From contig JBHGNT010000012.1 in NCBI GenBank assembly GCA_043228905.1, positions 17,298,001-17,362,000 of the forward strand: a stretch of 64,000 nt of DNA. The letters are read 5' to 3'. The stretch's first letter is position 1, and each line of letters starts with the position of its first letter. The notes under the pieces were generated by a model. That model made no database searches, was not told the DNA's origin, and saw only the letters and a list, made by a program, of their open reading frames with translations. The DNA is from Azolla caroliniana (Eukaryota; Plantae; Polypodiophyta). The position numbers were made by a program, and so were the translations under genes. Shown here one piece after another: positions 9,600-22,975 of this stretch.

Positions 9600-12500
9600 A
9601 GAGCTCCAATAGTTCTTCTACTCCTCATCTATTTAAAACATTTTATAATGTCAAGCACCTAGTTACATGAGACGATTTGTCTCTTACTCGGTTTTCTACC
9701 TTGCATACTATGTTCCAAGCATGTTTCGACAATATGTAATTGGGCGTATTGTTGATTTTTGTGACAATATACTCGTTATTTCCTTGGCTAACCCCTCTAT
9801 GGACCCACCACCTATTTTTAGTAGCAGGACATAGTAGGAGGTTGAAGTTTTAACTCCAAATTGTTTGTGGAAGAACATGTTTTTAATTATCTTTTCTTCA
9901 TTCCATGCACTAAGTGATCTAGTCACCCCACACTTGGTGATACACTTCCACTCCATAAAGCAACAATTGAACCTCCATAGCATGGAATGACACTAATCTA
10001 ATTTCATATCATCAAATATCGTTTCAGTTGCATTGCTTCTCAAACATATAATAAATATTCCACATTTTTTGAAGTCTAGCCTCATAACATACATTCCACC
10101 TATTCGTCGTTGGGACATTAATACCAATACATTTGAAGCTTTATGCCACTTGTGTTGGTTCTCCTTTTAGTGAAAATTTGGGGTAGTGTCTTCGTGGTAT
10201 TGCATATATTGCCATCATTTTTGTTTTGTCCACTTTAATAGTTGGCCCATTGATTTGAAGAATGTTTCTAACACCAAGTGTTGCATATCATCCAAAGTAT
10301 ATGAGAATAACACAATGTCATCTACATAGGGGCTAAAAAATAAGTTATTTCATGAGTTTTGGGCATCTAGTTCTTCTCGACAACTTCGTTTATTATTCCT
10401 TCTAGTATATTGTTTTCATGGACCAAATAGTCTTGAAGAGAGTTTGTTTTTATTTCTCAAGAAGTATTTTGAGAAAGCATGATATATTTCCAATTGGCTT
10501 TGACAAACTTGCTCATACAATCATGTAAAAGTTGTTATATACTCTAACAACATTACAATTTATATCATTACTTTCCAAAGCTCACTTGTGGTACGTTGTT
10601 AAGGGCTTGCTTGAAGTCCACAAAGCAATGATATAGAGTTTTTACTTGAAGATGCGTTTCTTCCACAAATACTCCTAATGTAACCAAATGCATGAAAATG
10701 GAAAGTTTTGGTCTAAAACTCGCTTGATCGACTGCTGATTTGTGATGATATCCACCCATGAACTAATTTTTTGTTCTATGATAGTGTTATTTAACTTGGC
10801 TATAACTAAGCTAACAATGATAGTTGGATAATCAAATACTAATTTTTTATCTCCTATATGTATGTTTAATCAAATTTAAGAAATAATCTTAACGAAAACC
10901 TTCCAGATAGCTTGATCCATGGTAGTTGCCATTCATTGGCTTGTTTGTGATCTTGTCCATTTCATGAGCTCATTCATTCAAGTTACATCTCTATGAGTTG
11001 GCAACAGCTCAACTCAAGCCAAAACCAAGCTGTTAAACTGTTTTTTAATGGTTTAGTGGTTTGGCTTGATGCAATTCAATCTTGAGTTTCATTAACCAAT
11101 TTGAGCTTAGTTTGGTTTGGCTTGAGCCCTGCCAAACCAATCTAGGCTTAAGCGGTTTGACCCAAACCAAATAAGGCATTGATTTGGTTTGGTTCAATTC
11201 AGGATTAAAAACCCTTAAACTAGTTTTGGCTTAACCGGTTAAGCCAAAACCAAATTGTTGCCAATTCCTAGTTGCATCCACCAAATTGCCATTATATGTC
11301 TTTTTTGTCCCTCTTTAATATCGACATGCATCATATGATATTTCCACATTGAATGTTATACACATTATTCCATCATGCTTGGTCCATCTCTATATATATG
11401 AATTTGGGGTTTATAACATTACATGGGAAACTAACCTCTAGAATTGCACCTATGTGTGCACTAACATATTGATACCCCACCTTGAGAATAACATCCTTCG
11501 ATTGTGCCCGATTTGTTTTCGTATCTTCATTAACGAAGAGGTTCATGACGTGGCTCTCAATCTCATTTGCATATAGATTATTATTTTTATAGCAAGTTTG
11601 CCTAATGTAGCTCTTTCCATTTTGTACTCTTATACATTGGTCACTGTGTGATTTTGTACTTGGAATGTCCAAGTATAAGGGCTTGTGGTTTGAGTTAGGA
11701 GACAATGGATCAATTTTGAATGTGTTCACCAGTAGAATCAAGTACAGTTCATCCTCCCGAAGTTGAGAGACATGCCAAAACATTTATCATTGGAAATACG
11801 CGTGTACCAACCATTAAGAATATTTACGTTTATGCAATTAAGCATGTGTTTGAGAAACCTACCATAATGTGACATAATACAATCTTCTGAGCCATATGTT
11901 GAATCCAACCCCATTACATTATCATCAACTTTCATATTTTGATAAGTTTCAACTCTAACATCAAGATCTCCCACAACCAACACTTTTCCAATATTCTTGT
12001 ATGAGAATGTCAACACACTTTGGAAAAAGGATCATCACCATCCAACTCATACAAATTATAGTACTTGACATGCCAAATATAGTTTATCTTTACATTTGTT
12101 GCTTCGTCTCACATTTATATTTTGTATTCATCATACTTGCATACTCGTATGTAGTTTTTCAAGCCTCATATTGTATACATGTCACTCTTGGTCGCCCAAA
12201 ACTTCTTCTAGTACGGGGTGGCATATAGATATTATGGTATAGCCATGAATATCAGATATATGCTTGGATTCATGTTCCCAAGTTTCAACAAGAAATATAT
12301 ATCTATACCTTGAGGCTTGACCTACACCATTTAATCTGACCTTTATGACACATGGATATCCTCAATAATTCCAAAACATGATTTTCAAATTTGAGGCATT
12401 TCCAAAGGTCATTGCTTGCTATGCATTTTGAGTTCCTTTTCTAACTGCATACTGCTCATTTGGGGTTTGTTTGTTTGTTACAAAGAAATTCATAATTTAG

Positions 12501-12700
12501 GGATACCTTCTATTATCCAAAATGAAAATATTTTCCAATCATCTAAGATTGTAATTTGTGCATATAATGGCTTGACATGATCCCCCTAATATGCTCTATA
12601 TACCATAAATTATAGATAGCTTAGTGATCTTCGAAGAATTTCATGATGTTTCTAACATACATTCTCTCATTCCTCCTTTTGCACCCCTCTAATAAAAACA
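9600..12700 (-). mobile_element. Degenerate LINE (APE endonuclease plus RT remnants)
   Basis: Endonuclease-like VLVVGDLDVRV and LSPNSNHKPL. RT-like FRPK...HCFVDFKQALNNVP. Post-RT SLSAWNE...GVKTSTSY is homologous to 57183-57641. Edges approximate. Confidence 0.75.
10992..11270. mobile_element. MITE, hAT-like, inserted in the LINE
   Basis: TIRs tatgagttggcaaca and tgttgccaattccta. Internal aagccaaaaccaa/ttggtttggctt repeats in both orientations. Near-TSD gttacatc (10982-10989) and gttgcatc (11271-11278), offset by 2 nt on the left. Confidence 0.7.
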
Positions 12701-13399
12701 ATTTGCTTCCTTTTCTCTCTTTTAATAGATGTTTGGCATCCAATGCATACTTTGAAGTTGATTCAAATGTGGCAACTTCATTAACAATGTTTTTCTAGTG
12801 CCTTCTCCACGAAAATATCTCTCCATTTAATCATAATTGCATTTTATTTTGCCTTCAGGCTAGATATCATTTCAACATTTGCTATGATTTGTGATTCTTT
12901 ATCAATTTCTAAGATTGTCATTTTGGTTTATAATTGCACGCATTAAAGTATCTTGAAATTGCAATGCTATTTTCTTATCACAAGCAACTCCTCTTTCAAA
13001 TAATTAATCTCCATTGTGTTTTACTCACACCTTCCATTTAGGCATGCAAGCACTCAAAATGACCATCTTGATTACTAGCGTTTGAGTGTACAAAAACAAT
13101 CATGTTACCATGTTGCTATACCAATATGTTACTTTGAAAATGTAACTATAGAAAGAGAGACATAAGGAAGATTGGTAGCCTAAAAAAAACAATGTTAGTG
13201 CAATGATGATGCTCAATATTCAAGAAGAGTATTGTTGGGGGAGGAGGAAAGATAGATATCTTTTTAATGTTCATGAGAGACTGAGTGTCATCTATGAGAT
13301 GTGGCCTAGCCCATCATGGAGATCAAACTTGGACTTCTCTCAATTGTGTGATTTTGGGAGATAGATACATATTTATCATACATATATTTTATTATCCTC

Positions 13400-14030
13400 T
13401 CTGAGGGTCAAATATAACCTATGAGACCAAAAAATATGCAACATGTTCATGTAAGACATGTGAAAGTGAGTAGAAACTCTCTATGTTCAAGAACTTTACT
13501 AATCAATGCCGCAATCGAAAGCACACACTTTGATTGTGAAAGAAATTTATGCAAGGATTTCGTTTTGTTGAAAATGAGTGGAAAGCATAGTGAAATGCAG
13601 TCAAAGACATAGCATTGTATCAATTTCTAATACTCCGACTCCTAAATTTATTTAGGGAAAAATGTGCATAAAAGACTACTCTATCACTTATGCCCCTGAT
13701 GGCCCATCTCACATCGTAGTGATCAATGTGAGCTAAGTTGCACGGTTCGATGGCAAACAACAAAATGGGCTCTAAAATATATTGATGTTTGTGGTTTCCC
13801 TATTTAGCAAAGAATATGTTTTGTAGTTAGGTCCAACATAGTATAATGTGTGAAGTGTGATCCTCCATATTCTCCCCATGTTATGATACATTGACATTGC
13901 AAGAGGGCCTCATTCATTGATGATCTATTGATGCAAAATTAATAAAGTGTGTTACGTCCAACTTCCAAATCATATATTCCATATCTTGCATTCAACAAGA
14001 GATGGATAGGTATGTTTTAAAGTCCATTAG
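13400..14030 (-). mobile_element. LINE 3' fragment, same family as 56700-58025
   Basis: Colinear similarity, e.g. gagggtcaaatata..cctatgagacc versus 56701, and gtgtgaagtgtga...tgatacattg versus 57158-57200. Confidence 0.7.
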
Positions 14031-15869
14031 AGAGAGAGAATGAGCGAGTGAGATAGAGAATGGGTGAGTTATCTCCTCAAGATTGTTGAGAGAAAGGAGA
14101 GTACCATCGTTTCATACAATTTCTAGTCAGTTGCTCACAAGATTTGAGATTACATCTTTGTAGTTTGGTAAATTTTTCATGTTTTTACCTAGTGCCAAAG
14201 ATAATGGGCATTTACTCAATTTATAGTAAATGGTCCGACTTTGAAAATGGAGGTAAACTTTCTCTTTTTGAGATAGTGGCATAATTTGGAATGTGCTTTC
14301 ATGTTTATGGTAGACAACGAATTACGTCGTACCTCCGAAAAATGGAGTATTGTATTGACAATTTTGTTTAATATTGAAGCAAGTGGAGATTCTCTTCACG
14401 AGTGAGTTCCATCCTTTAGCATGCCACACTACCCTAAAGAGTTAGCAAATGAGTTGGGCACAATGTGGACTATTTTGTTGGACTCCATCTTCTAGCTAAT
14501 TGTGTGAATCTTACTCCCCACTATGACGAAAGACTTCCAAAAAACTTCACATGTTGTTGACTTCACATGTTGGGGAATGTAGTACTCATCTATCAATAGG
14601 GTCTAGTCTACTTTTCAAAGGCAAGCGCACCTACACATCAAAATTCGATTCATCTATTTGTTATGTGGGAATCAAGCCTTATCTATGGAAGAAAGAAATG
14701 ATCCATGTGTGTATGTTTTTTTATGAATATTTAACCATGTGTGGGAATCCCTTCTGATTCATACAATAGCCCTCTTTGCACTTAAACACGACACATTGAG
14801 ATGCCCATTTGCAATGGGATGGCACAATGTTTTTCTTTGTCCATTCTTGATTATTTGAGCATATACAAAATGACATTGTTATATACGATAATTAGGGATT
14901 CGAATAATGCAAATTGCTTTAAACACTATTTTATTGTATACACAAATGTATTAATGAAGCATAACTAGATAAACATTTTCCCATTTAAACCAAGTACAGA
15001 AAAGTATTCACTAAAAAGTCAAGAATCCTCAACTATCTCATGAAGTGAATTTTTATTATTAACTTTGAGAAAGGGGCATATATTGGTAAGTTATTGAAAA
15101 TTACGACCGATGGACTTTAATATTATTGTTGATACAAAGAGCACTTTTACAACTTCTTCTTATTATATTGGTTGCCTTATCTAGGTCTTTCTTTCATTAT
15201 CTCGTTTTAAATTGTAATGTACAATATTTGAATGCATTGTTTTGGCTTGGCGAAGAGGGAACTCACTTTGATTGGAATTTTCTATTTTACGATGTTCACT
15301 CGTTTGAATATGCATGTATTGATTTCAAAATATTCTTCTATTGTACGTAGAGTTCCTTAGAGTCATGGGCTTTTCTATTCTTTTGTTCGAATATCCGTGC
15401 AATGATATTGAATTCCTATTATATTGTAAAACTATGTGGCTCTCATGGATATGTATGCCTTCCGAAGTGAAAAGACTCATAGAAATCCCATTGTACAAAG
15501 AAAACCCTCTTACTATAGCAATTACTAAAGCTTGGAGGCACTATACCTCCCTTTAAGTTTTCAAGGTTATTTGATTTTTAACCGAATTCCCAAGAGGTCA
15601 TATTTTGAACTTTTACAAACATTGTAAGTTTTCAAAGCTTCTTTCATTTTATTGATTTGTTCATTGTTTCACCTCCTTTTATCCATGTAATTTCTTGTTC
15701 AGTGTCATATATCAATTTGTCATGTAATTTCTTTCTTTATTTCATTTCTCTTTAATTCTTCATCTCACATGTTATTGTTTTGTTGTTTATTAGTTTATTT
15801 CTTTGTGCTCTCTTGTTAATCCGTCATTCACGTGAACATTAAATTGCTACTAATCCTTCATTTCCAATG

Positions 15870-16527
15870 GATTTATATGGCCTTCTCAAACTTGTTGTCT
15901 TGTTCGTCTATAGGGAAGTTGAAGTTTGATTTACTGTTACATGGGGTTTTGTGAGATGGGGAAGATTGGCTAAAGAAATTTAGAACTATGAAAAGGAGGA
16001 TGTTGATGTTCTTCTCCTCTCCGATGGAAGACATGTATTGGAGGTCTCTCATACCACCAATCCGTTGTTTGGAAGAGGACAAGGTCTGGTCGACGATATC
16101 TTCTTTAGTAGTTTGGGTATTGTGGAAGGCTAGATGTAAATGTGTATTTCAGAAAGTTAAACAAAATGCGGTTGAGTTAGTCAAAGAGATATGGTTAATG
16201 CTCTTACATACTTTAAGAGGTCAATATGAAGCAATAACTGGCGAGCTTGAGGTTGTGATTCGTAAACAACAATAGTTTCGAGAAATTTGGAAAAAGGCAG
16301 AGAGGTCTTCGCATCTTTTGGAGAGAGAATAAAGTGGGGATATGCTCCACCAAGATGGCTTTTTCCACCCCCCCGTCTTGGAACAACCCTACATGAGGGC
16401 TTTTGATACTTGACATGCTGGTTGATGTGGATATGAGGGTTGTAATATATTGTATGAATTCGTTGTAACCTTTCGACATCTTTCCATTAATACCAAGGTG
16501 AATCTTCATTAGAAAAGAAAAGAAAAG
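15870..16527 (+). mobile_element. L1-like LINE 3' fragment
   Basis: WSTISSLVVWVLWKARCKCVFQ is a typical ORF2 C-terminal W..WK.R...F motif. An A-rich (AGAAA)n tail lies at 16511-16527. Confidence 0.65.
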
Positions 16528-18702
16528 ATATGATATATCTCACTTCAACCATGAATTGATGTTGTCATGGTGTCCTTTTGAATTTGTCATAAGTAATTAG
16601 CTATATATATTTGATGGTTCTAGGTAATGGTCAATATGATTATACAAATTTCTCAATTTCACCTTTTTCTCATGCTCACCTTTGTATGATGAACTCTTTG
16701 ATATTGACAAGCAGATAAAAAGCACATATCCACGAAGACATGCTTGTTAAACAAGTGGAAGATATAGATTCATGTGCTTTCATTGAACGCACTTCTTATA
16801 TATTCATTTTTTGCACATCATCATTACTAAAAGCACCTAGCTTAATGTAAAGATGAATAAATTTTCTTCTTTTATCACTCAACCTCAAATAAAAACATAG
16901 TAAAGAATCCAAATGGTGAAGATCTCAGTTTTATTTATTCAATTAAAAAACAAGAAATTGTTTGATCGTTTTCTTTTTTGATAAGTAAGCATTGCAAGAC
17001 AAACCTCTTATTGGAACATAATTTAGTGTCTAAGAGGACAACTCATAATTTTAATCAATTGAAGATGGCAAACAATAACTTCCAAGTTACAACCAAATTA
17101 TCGTTGTTCCAAACTAGCATTGCTTATAATATATCTTTATTAGGAAATTGGCATACTCAATTATTTGTGCATTCCCGTAAACATTCGAGATATTGTTTTC
17201 TCTTAAACACATATTTGAATGTTTTGTTGATATTGTGAATACAAAGCTATAATTACATGGTTGTAGCATACACTCACAACAAGTTCATATCAAGTAAGAG
17301 AGTTGGTGCTACATCAAGTTCACATAAAGTAAGAAGATACAAGAACTATTACACATTCTCTATGTAAAATCTAACAACCTGTGGTCATAGTATTCTGAGT
17401 CGTGACTATATCAGTTAGAAATACTTCCATGAAACCATGTGCAGAGAAAAAAAAGGTGTCAAGTTCATACATGATCAATTCTCAATATAAGTGTTTTTCA
17501 ATGTCGACACTTTACAATACAAGTTTATCTATGTTTTCATGTATATGTGTGTCTGTGATTCTATAAATTATAGAAATATAGAATAGGTGTAACTTGGTAC
17601 TTCCACATCATTTTCACAAACATATAAATAGAGAGAGCATGTGACCATATTGACTTTTACTCGAGGCCCAATAATGATCCACGATCAATAGTACAATAGT
17701 CAATCATATGCTTGGATTAAGAGGATAGATGAAAACTGATATTCTTTTAGAGCTTGCATGAAGGGGGTAGTTGGAAACTCATATTCTTTAGGAGGGAAGA
17801 TTTATTGATATAATTTATTTATGTAATAGTTTTTCTTGATGTAACTTGTTTGGCATTGCCAAAATAGTTCACACTTCTTTGTAAGCATGAATGTTGGACA
17901 TATTCTTAAGGACCAAGCATGAGTAATGTCACGTCTTCCTAAGTAGTTTCATGTGTATTTATCCATTATTTCATGGCTAACTTAATGCAAAGTATTACAT
18001 AAGAGTTGCATTATGTCCATCGCTTGTGACAAATCAATTTATCATAGTATTACACCATTTTGAAATTCCCATGAATTATTGGCATTGGCAGGCTCGAACT
18101 CACTAGTTAATTTCACACAATAAGTCTTGTTAATCTCATTAATATAACTACATCTTATGGTAACAAGTTATTTGATGTCGACAAGGTGATAAAGACAATT
18201 GACTGCATAACTTAGTAAAAGGTCATCCCATGTGAAGTGAATCTAATTAAAGAATCAAGCCCAAATATTTTGATTCACAAGCTCCATCTAAGGAAGAAAA
18301 ATTATGATAATAAAAGAAGAGGGAAAATGATAAACAACAAATTCTTAACTTGGCAATTGAAACATCAATAAACACAAAAACATGTCAGGTCCATGAGAGA
18401 AACATTGAAGTGTACGCACCAGTAAAGTTGATCCACACGTATTTTCGCAAACATAAATCACGTAAATCATTTGATGTTGCGTGAATGTGAAAATCTTAAA
18501 TTATCAAAAGAATGCATTATGTTGTATTGTAATTCAAGTTTCATTAAAAAATGTATATATGTGTGTGTCATTCGATGTCCAAAGCCTTCAAGATCTATGA
18601 TACGAGAATTGATTGAATAGATAGATCAATCTTTTATTAGAAATGATATTCTAAGGAAAAGCTTAGATAGAAAATAATGTTGGGAAAAAGCGAAAAGAAG
18701 GG

Positions 18703-19790
18703 TGTTATGTAACACATGGACAAAATCGAGCTTACGAGATTATCTACATTGTCCGCAAGTTCCCCTTCCAAAACCAACTAAAAAGGATTGCTCAATGGTT
18801 GTGGGATGTGAGAGATGTGATGGCGTGTTTAGTTGTGCCAAACATCAAGGGAGCAGGTTGTTGTGTGAGGATAGAGAAAGTAGAGAAAATTGTACAAAAA
18901 AATGGAGAGAAAACTCTAGCCGCTAAAAGTTCCTATCTCATCATGTGAGATTTGGGACCAATTCTTATTGATAAGTAACTTTTAGGTCATTTGGGCATGT
19001 TCACACACGGCCAATGACCAAAAGTTGTAAAGATAATGTAAATGCCTATAAGAGCCCAAATTGGGGCCGAAAATATAGTAAAGATATGTCTAGAAAGCTC
19101 TCAAAGGGAGCTTTCACATGGAAGGGTCAAATATATACACAAAAGTAAAGTCCTTGGGGCCTTTATCCCCAACATCACCCACTTCAAGGACCAAGGAGAA
19201 TCCTTTAAGGTAAGTAACTCCCACCATCTATATACATAATTGATGTTGTGCCTTGGGTAGACACTTTGTGAGAGCATTTGCAGGATTCTGTGAAGTATTG
19301 ACCTTCATCAAAGTGATTAGGCCATCCTCTAGCACCTATTCGATGAAGTGATATCTCACATCAATGTGCTTTGTGTGAGCATGAAACATTGCATTCTTCG
19401 CCAAACATATGGTGCTTTGGCTATCACATCCAAGAACATGTGACTTTTTAGGCATCCTAAACTCATTGCACAAGCGGGTTAACCAATCAGCTTTTTTGGA
19501 AGCCTTTGTGGCTGAAATATATTTAGTCTCTATATTAGAGAGCGCAACTATCCTCTTAAGTTTAGCGCACAATGAAATACCTCCACTTGAAATGTTGTAT
19601 ACATAGTCACTCGTGGACTTGCATGTATTCACATCACCTACCACGTTTGAATCACAAAATCCTTTTAACTCTAATGTACCCGTTGCATAACATATGCATT
19701 TATCTTTGGCCCCTTTGCCTCCCAATGAGCACTACAAGGATTGGCCATGAACATGCTAACAACTCTGATTGCATGAGCAATGTTTAGTTG
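18703..19790 (-). mobile_element. Ty1/copia remnant: RNase H end, PPT and probable 3' LTR (~18703-19215)
   Basis: GFCDSNVVGD..KSTS, VALS..ETKY, CDSQSTICLAKNAMFHAHTKHIDVRYHFI. A purine tract ggtgggag (minus) lies near 19220. Confidence 0.8.
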
Positions 19791-20379
19791 AGTGGCAACC
19801 ATAACATACATAAGTGAACCACAAAGCATGATCAACATCATCGACAATAGATGACATCCACAAGCACGTCAACAAACAACAAATATCAATGATGTGCTAG
19901 TAGTCGAGGAATGCAGATGATAGTGGGTGACAACCTACAACAACGACAACAATTGGGTGGTGAATGACTGCTAGAATGAGGGGAAGGGAGGTTCTATGTT
20001 TTCGGGAATTTACAAATTTATCCTCACTTTTAAAGCCAAGATCCCGTTTTTGTAATTCTAAGAATTTCCAAGAAACTAGCCCTCCCTTGGGACCTCATCC
20101 TTCGTTGACATAGCCCTTTCGATTCCCGCCCCTCGAAATCTTACGTGCCCGTGTTAATTTTTCGCTTGGTGTGGTTGGAATCAAAATCTTCAACATGAGA
20201 TCCTTGTAAATCAGTGTGGTGAACTTTTCGGTGCCATGTCCCATATTTTATTATTCAACGAATTTTTTCTTTGAATTCGTGTATGTTTGCGCCCCGAATT
20301 TTTTATTTCTAAACCGAAAAATCCGACACAGTCCCTGTTCAATAGCAAATAGTACTAGATATGTAGTAGATAAACAAAG

Positions 20380-20974
20380 TTGATTTAATATGAAATTATT
20401 CCAAAAAGAAAGAATACATCAAGGATTCAAAGATCTCTTTAGATTTAAGAAAGATAACTCTTGACTCTGTTTCATGGAGTGGCATGAAAGATGGATAGAT
20501 AAAAGAGATAGAGATATCAAATATAGTGTGCACTATGGAGCTTTGGTAGGAGATCCTTGAGTTTTGGTTCAACGAGACAACTTTGTCACCTTTTGTCATC
20601 CTCTTGATTTCCCAAGCTCACTTGAAAATTCGGTAATGCTTTTGCCTCGTACTATAAATCCACCCCCCCAAACAATGAGCTCTCCTCTCCCTTTTATCTA
20701 GGCCTTTTTCACTTTTGTACCACACTTCTCCTTCTCAAGCACCCAATGTGAGCAAAATCTAGATTACCATGTCCATCCATTCAATATTATTTTTGTTAGT
20801 TCTAATGATATCTGCTTGACCTTTCGTAGTTAAGACAAGACTTGAACCCTTGACCTTCTGCCTAAAAACCAAATTTCGTCTTGTTTCGTCTCCTTCTTGC
20901 TACCTTTGATCTATCCTTCAACCTTTAATGTATCTTTAGTCTAAGTCATTTCCTTATGTGCGCTCCCCACAACA
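20380..20974 (-). mobile_element. LTR-like repeat family A, copy 3 (partial, inverted)
   Basis: The reverse complement starts tgttgtggggagcgcacataaggaaa, and carries ggtcaagggttcaagtcttg and gagcttggg motifs shared with copy 1. Confidence 0.6.
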
Positions 20975-22975
20975 CAACATTGTGTGAAACCAAATTTTGA
21001 TAGAGCTTTCGCCTCAAATCCAAATTTTGTCCCCTAAGAATGACGTTTGTTGTTCCTTTTATAACATTTTGGACCTCCTCTACTAGATAAAAATAGTAGT
21101 GTCTCTTTTAACATGCACCACTCGTTTTGCTTTTTGCATGCACCTATCCGTATCTTCCCAAAGGTGTCTATGCGAGCAAAACGTCTATCATCATGCCTGC
21201 TCCACTACATTGTCATCACTTGCTCATTATAGCTCAAATATTCTGTTGAAAAGGTCCTAACAATGCTCGAAACCCTTGAACTTATCCTTTGAAGTGGTTA
21301 AACTCTTGTCACTCAAGATATCTTCAATTCTTGTTTTCTGTTTCATCTCGTCACTTGGCCTTCAAGTTGCATCTTCAACCAAACCCTCAACCTATTATAA
21401 ATTTGAATTCCAACATTTTTCTCTTTTAGTACTCACCATATCATGACATCGAAGACAACCCATGATGCACGAAGTCATTGATAGAGTTCACAAATCTCCA
21501 CTTGGATGTCCTGGATCCAACTATTTGGAGCACCATCCATTTCTTCCACCTACTTCACATCCTACTCTCTACAAGTGATATGATCACCCATGCTTTCACA
21601 AGCACAATCTTCCCAAGTGGAGTCTAAGGTTTGACCTCAACAAAGGCCGCACATTGCATCAAACAACTAGCTTGTGGCTACAGGTTAGCATCCTTCCCTC
21701 CCATCACCAATGTGACTTCAAATATATGGTCAAACTATGCTCCATCCTTGCTTACCATGCTTCCAATCAAATTGTATGATCCAATGGTTTTATTGCACCC
21801 CACAAGCTTTCCTTCATTGGACCAATGCCCTTCAATGACCAACCACTCATCTAATGCTCCTTTGCACCAATATTAATGCTCTCCTCGCCTAGGCTTCCCT
21901 CCTCTCCCAACCTCAAGTACTCACACCTGGACCACTTTTCTCCACTCTGACCTTCCACCCCAACAACCAGTCCTCGAACACCCATTGATCACTCACTATG
22001 AAAAGGCCCAATGGAATTGTAAAAGTTTTAGTAGAATTCAACTAGAGCTTAAGCCTTCTTTAATATCTCATTAGTTATAACCTTAATTATTTACTTAAGT
22101 TAAACTTACATTAAGACAAAACTTTTAAGTCTCAATCTTAACTTTTTGGGCTAGTGGTTGTAGCTCTTTTGGAGTGTCTCTTAGTCTCTTAATCAAGTTT
22201 ATCATCATTTGCTTTTGTTGTTTATGTTACAAAAGCGGATGAAGACATGACAATTGTTTTACCCTCTTTCTTTGTGTTGACAAGGAAAAAGATGGTGAGT
22301 GATTGTTGATGTCTATGTGTGTGGGTGTAGGTGAGATTGCAATTGCAATTTGCTGCATTGAAAATTCATTCATAAAATCAATGTAGAGAGTCACTACTCA
22401 CCTCCACATATACTTTGTGAAAAATGTTTCATATAGTTCATCTTCAACATATACTCCCACTTTCCGTTCCTCGAGTCATATTTGACCTCAGAGGACAATA
22501 ATAAATCAAATTCAACTTCAACATCATCAAGTATTACTACTCACTTCCGCTTTTAGTTCAAGTAATATTTGACCCGGAGTACAATAACAAAATCTATCTA
22601 TTTATCTCTCTTCTGCAGAAGTAACAATCAAACATGACAAGGAGTATTGATCCTCACTTCTAAATGTACAAAAGACTTTATTGAAACGATGTATCCTGAT
22701 TTTAATATTACTATGCAGTCTAACTAGCCAGAACCAATCAATTATGATGCAAACTAATAAGATTATTGCACAATTTTATTAAAATAAACTAGCAAGTTTG
22801 CGATGTCAGCTTTTTTCTTTCATGAACCCAATTTATCACGCATACTGTTTTGTGAAATCTTTAATTCAATTGGTACTCCTTAAATAAGGAACCCTTAATA
22901 TCGGGGAAAGGAAAAATTAATATTTTACTTACATCAAGATATAGACAGATACATTTTCATAAGAAAGTTTCCATC

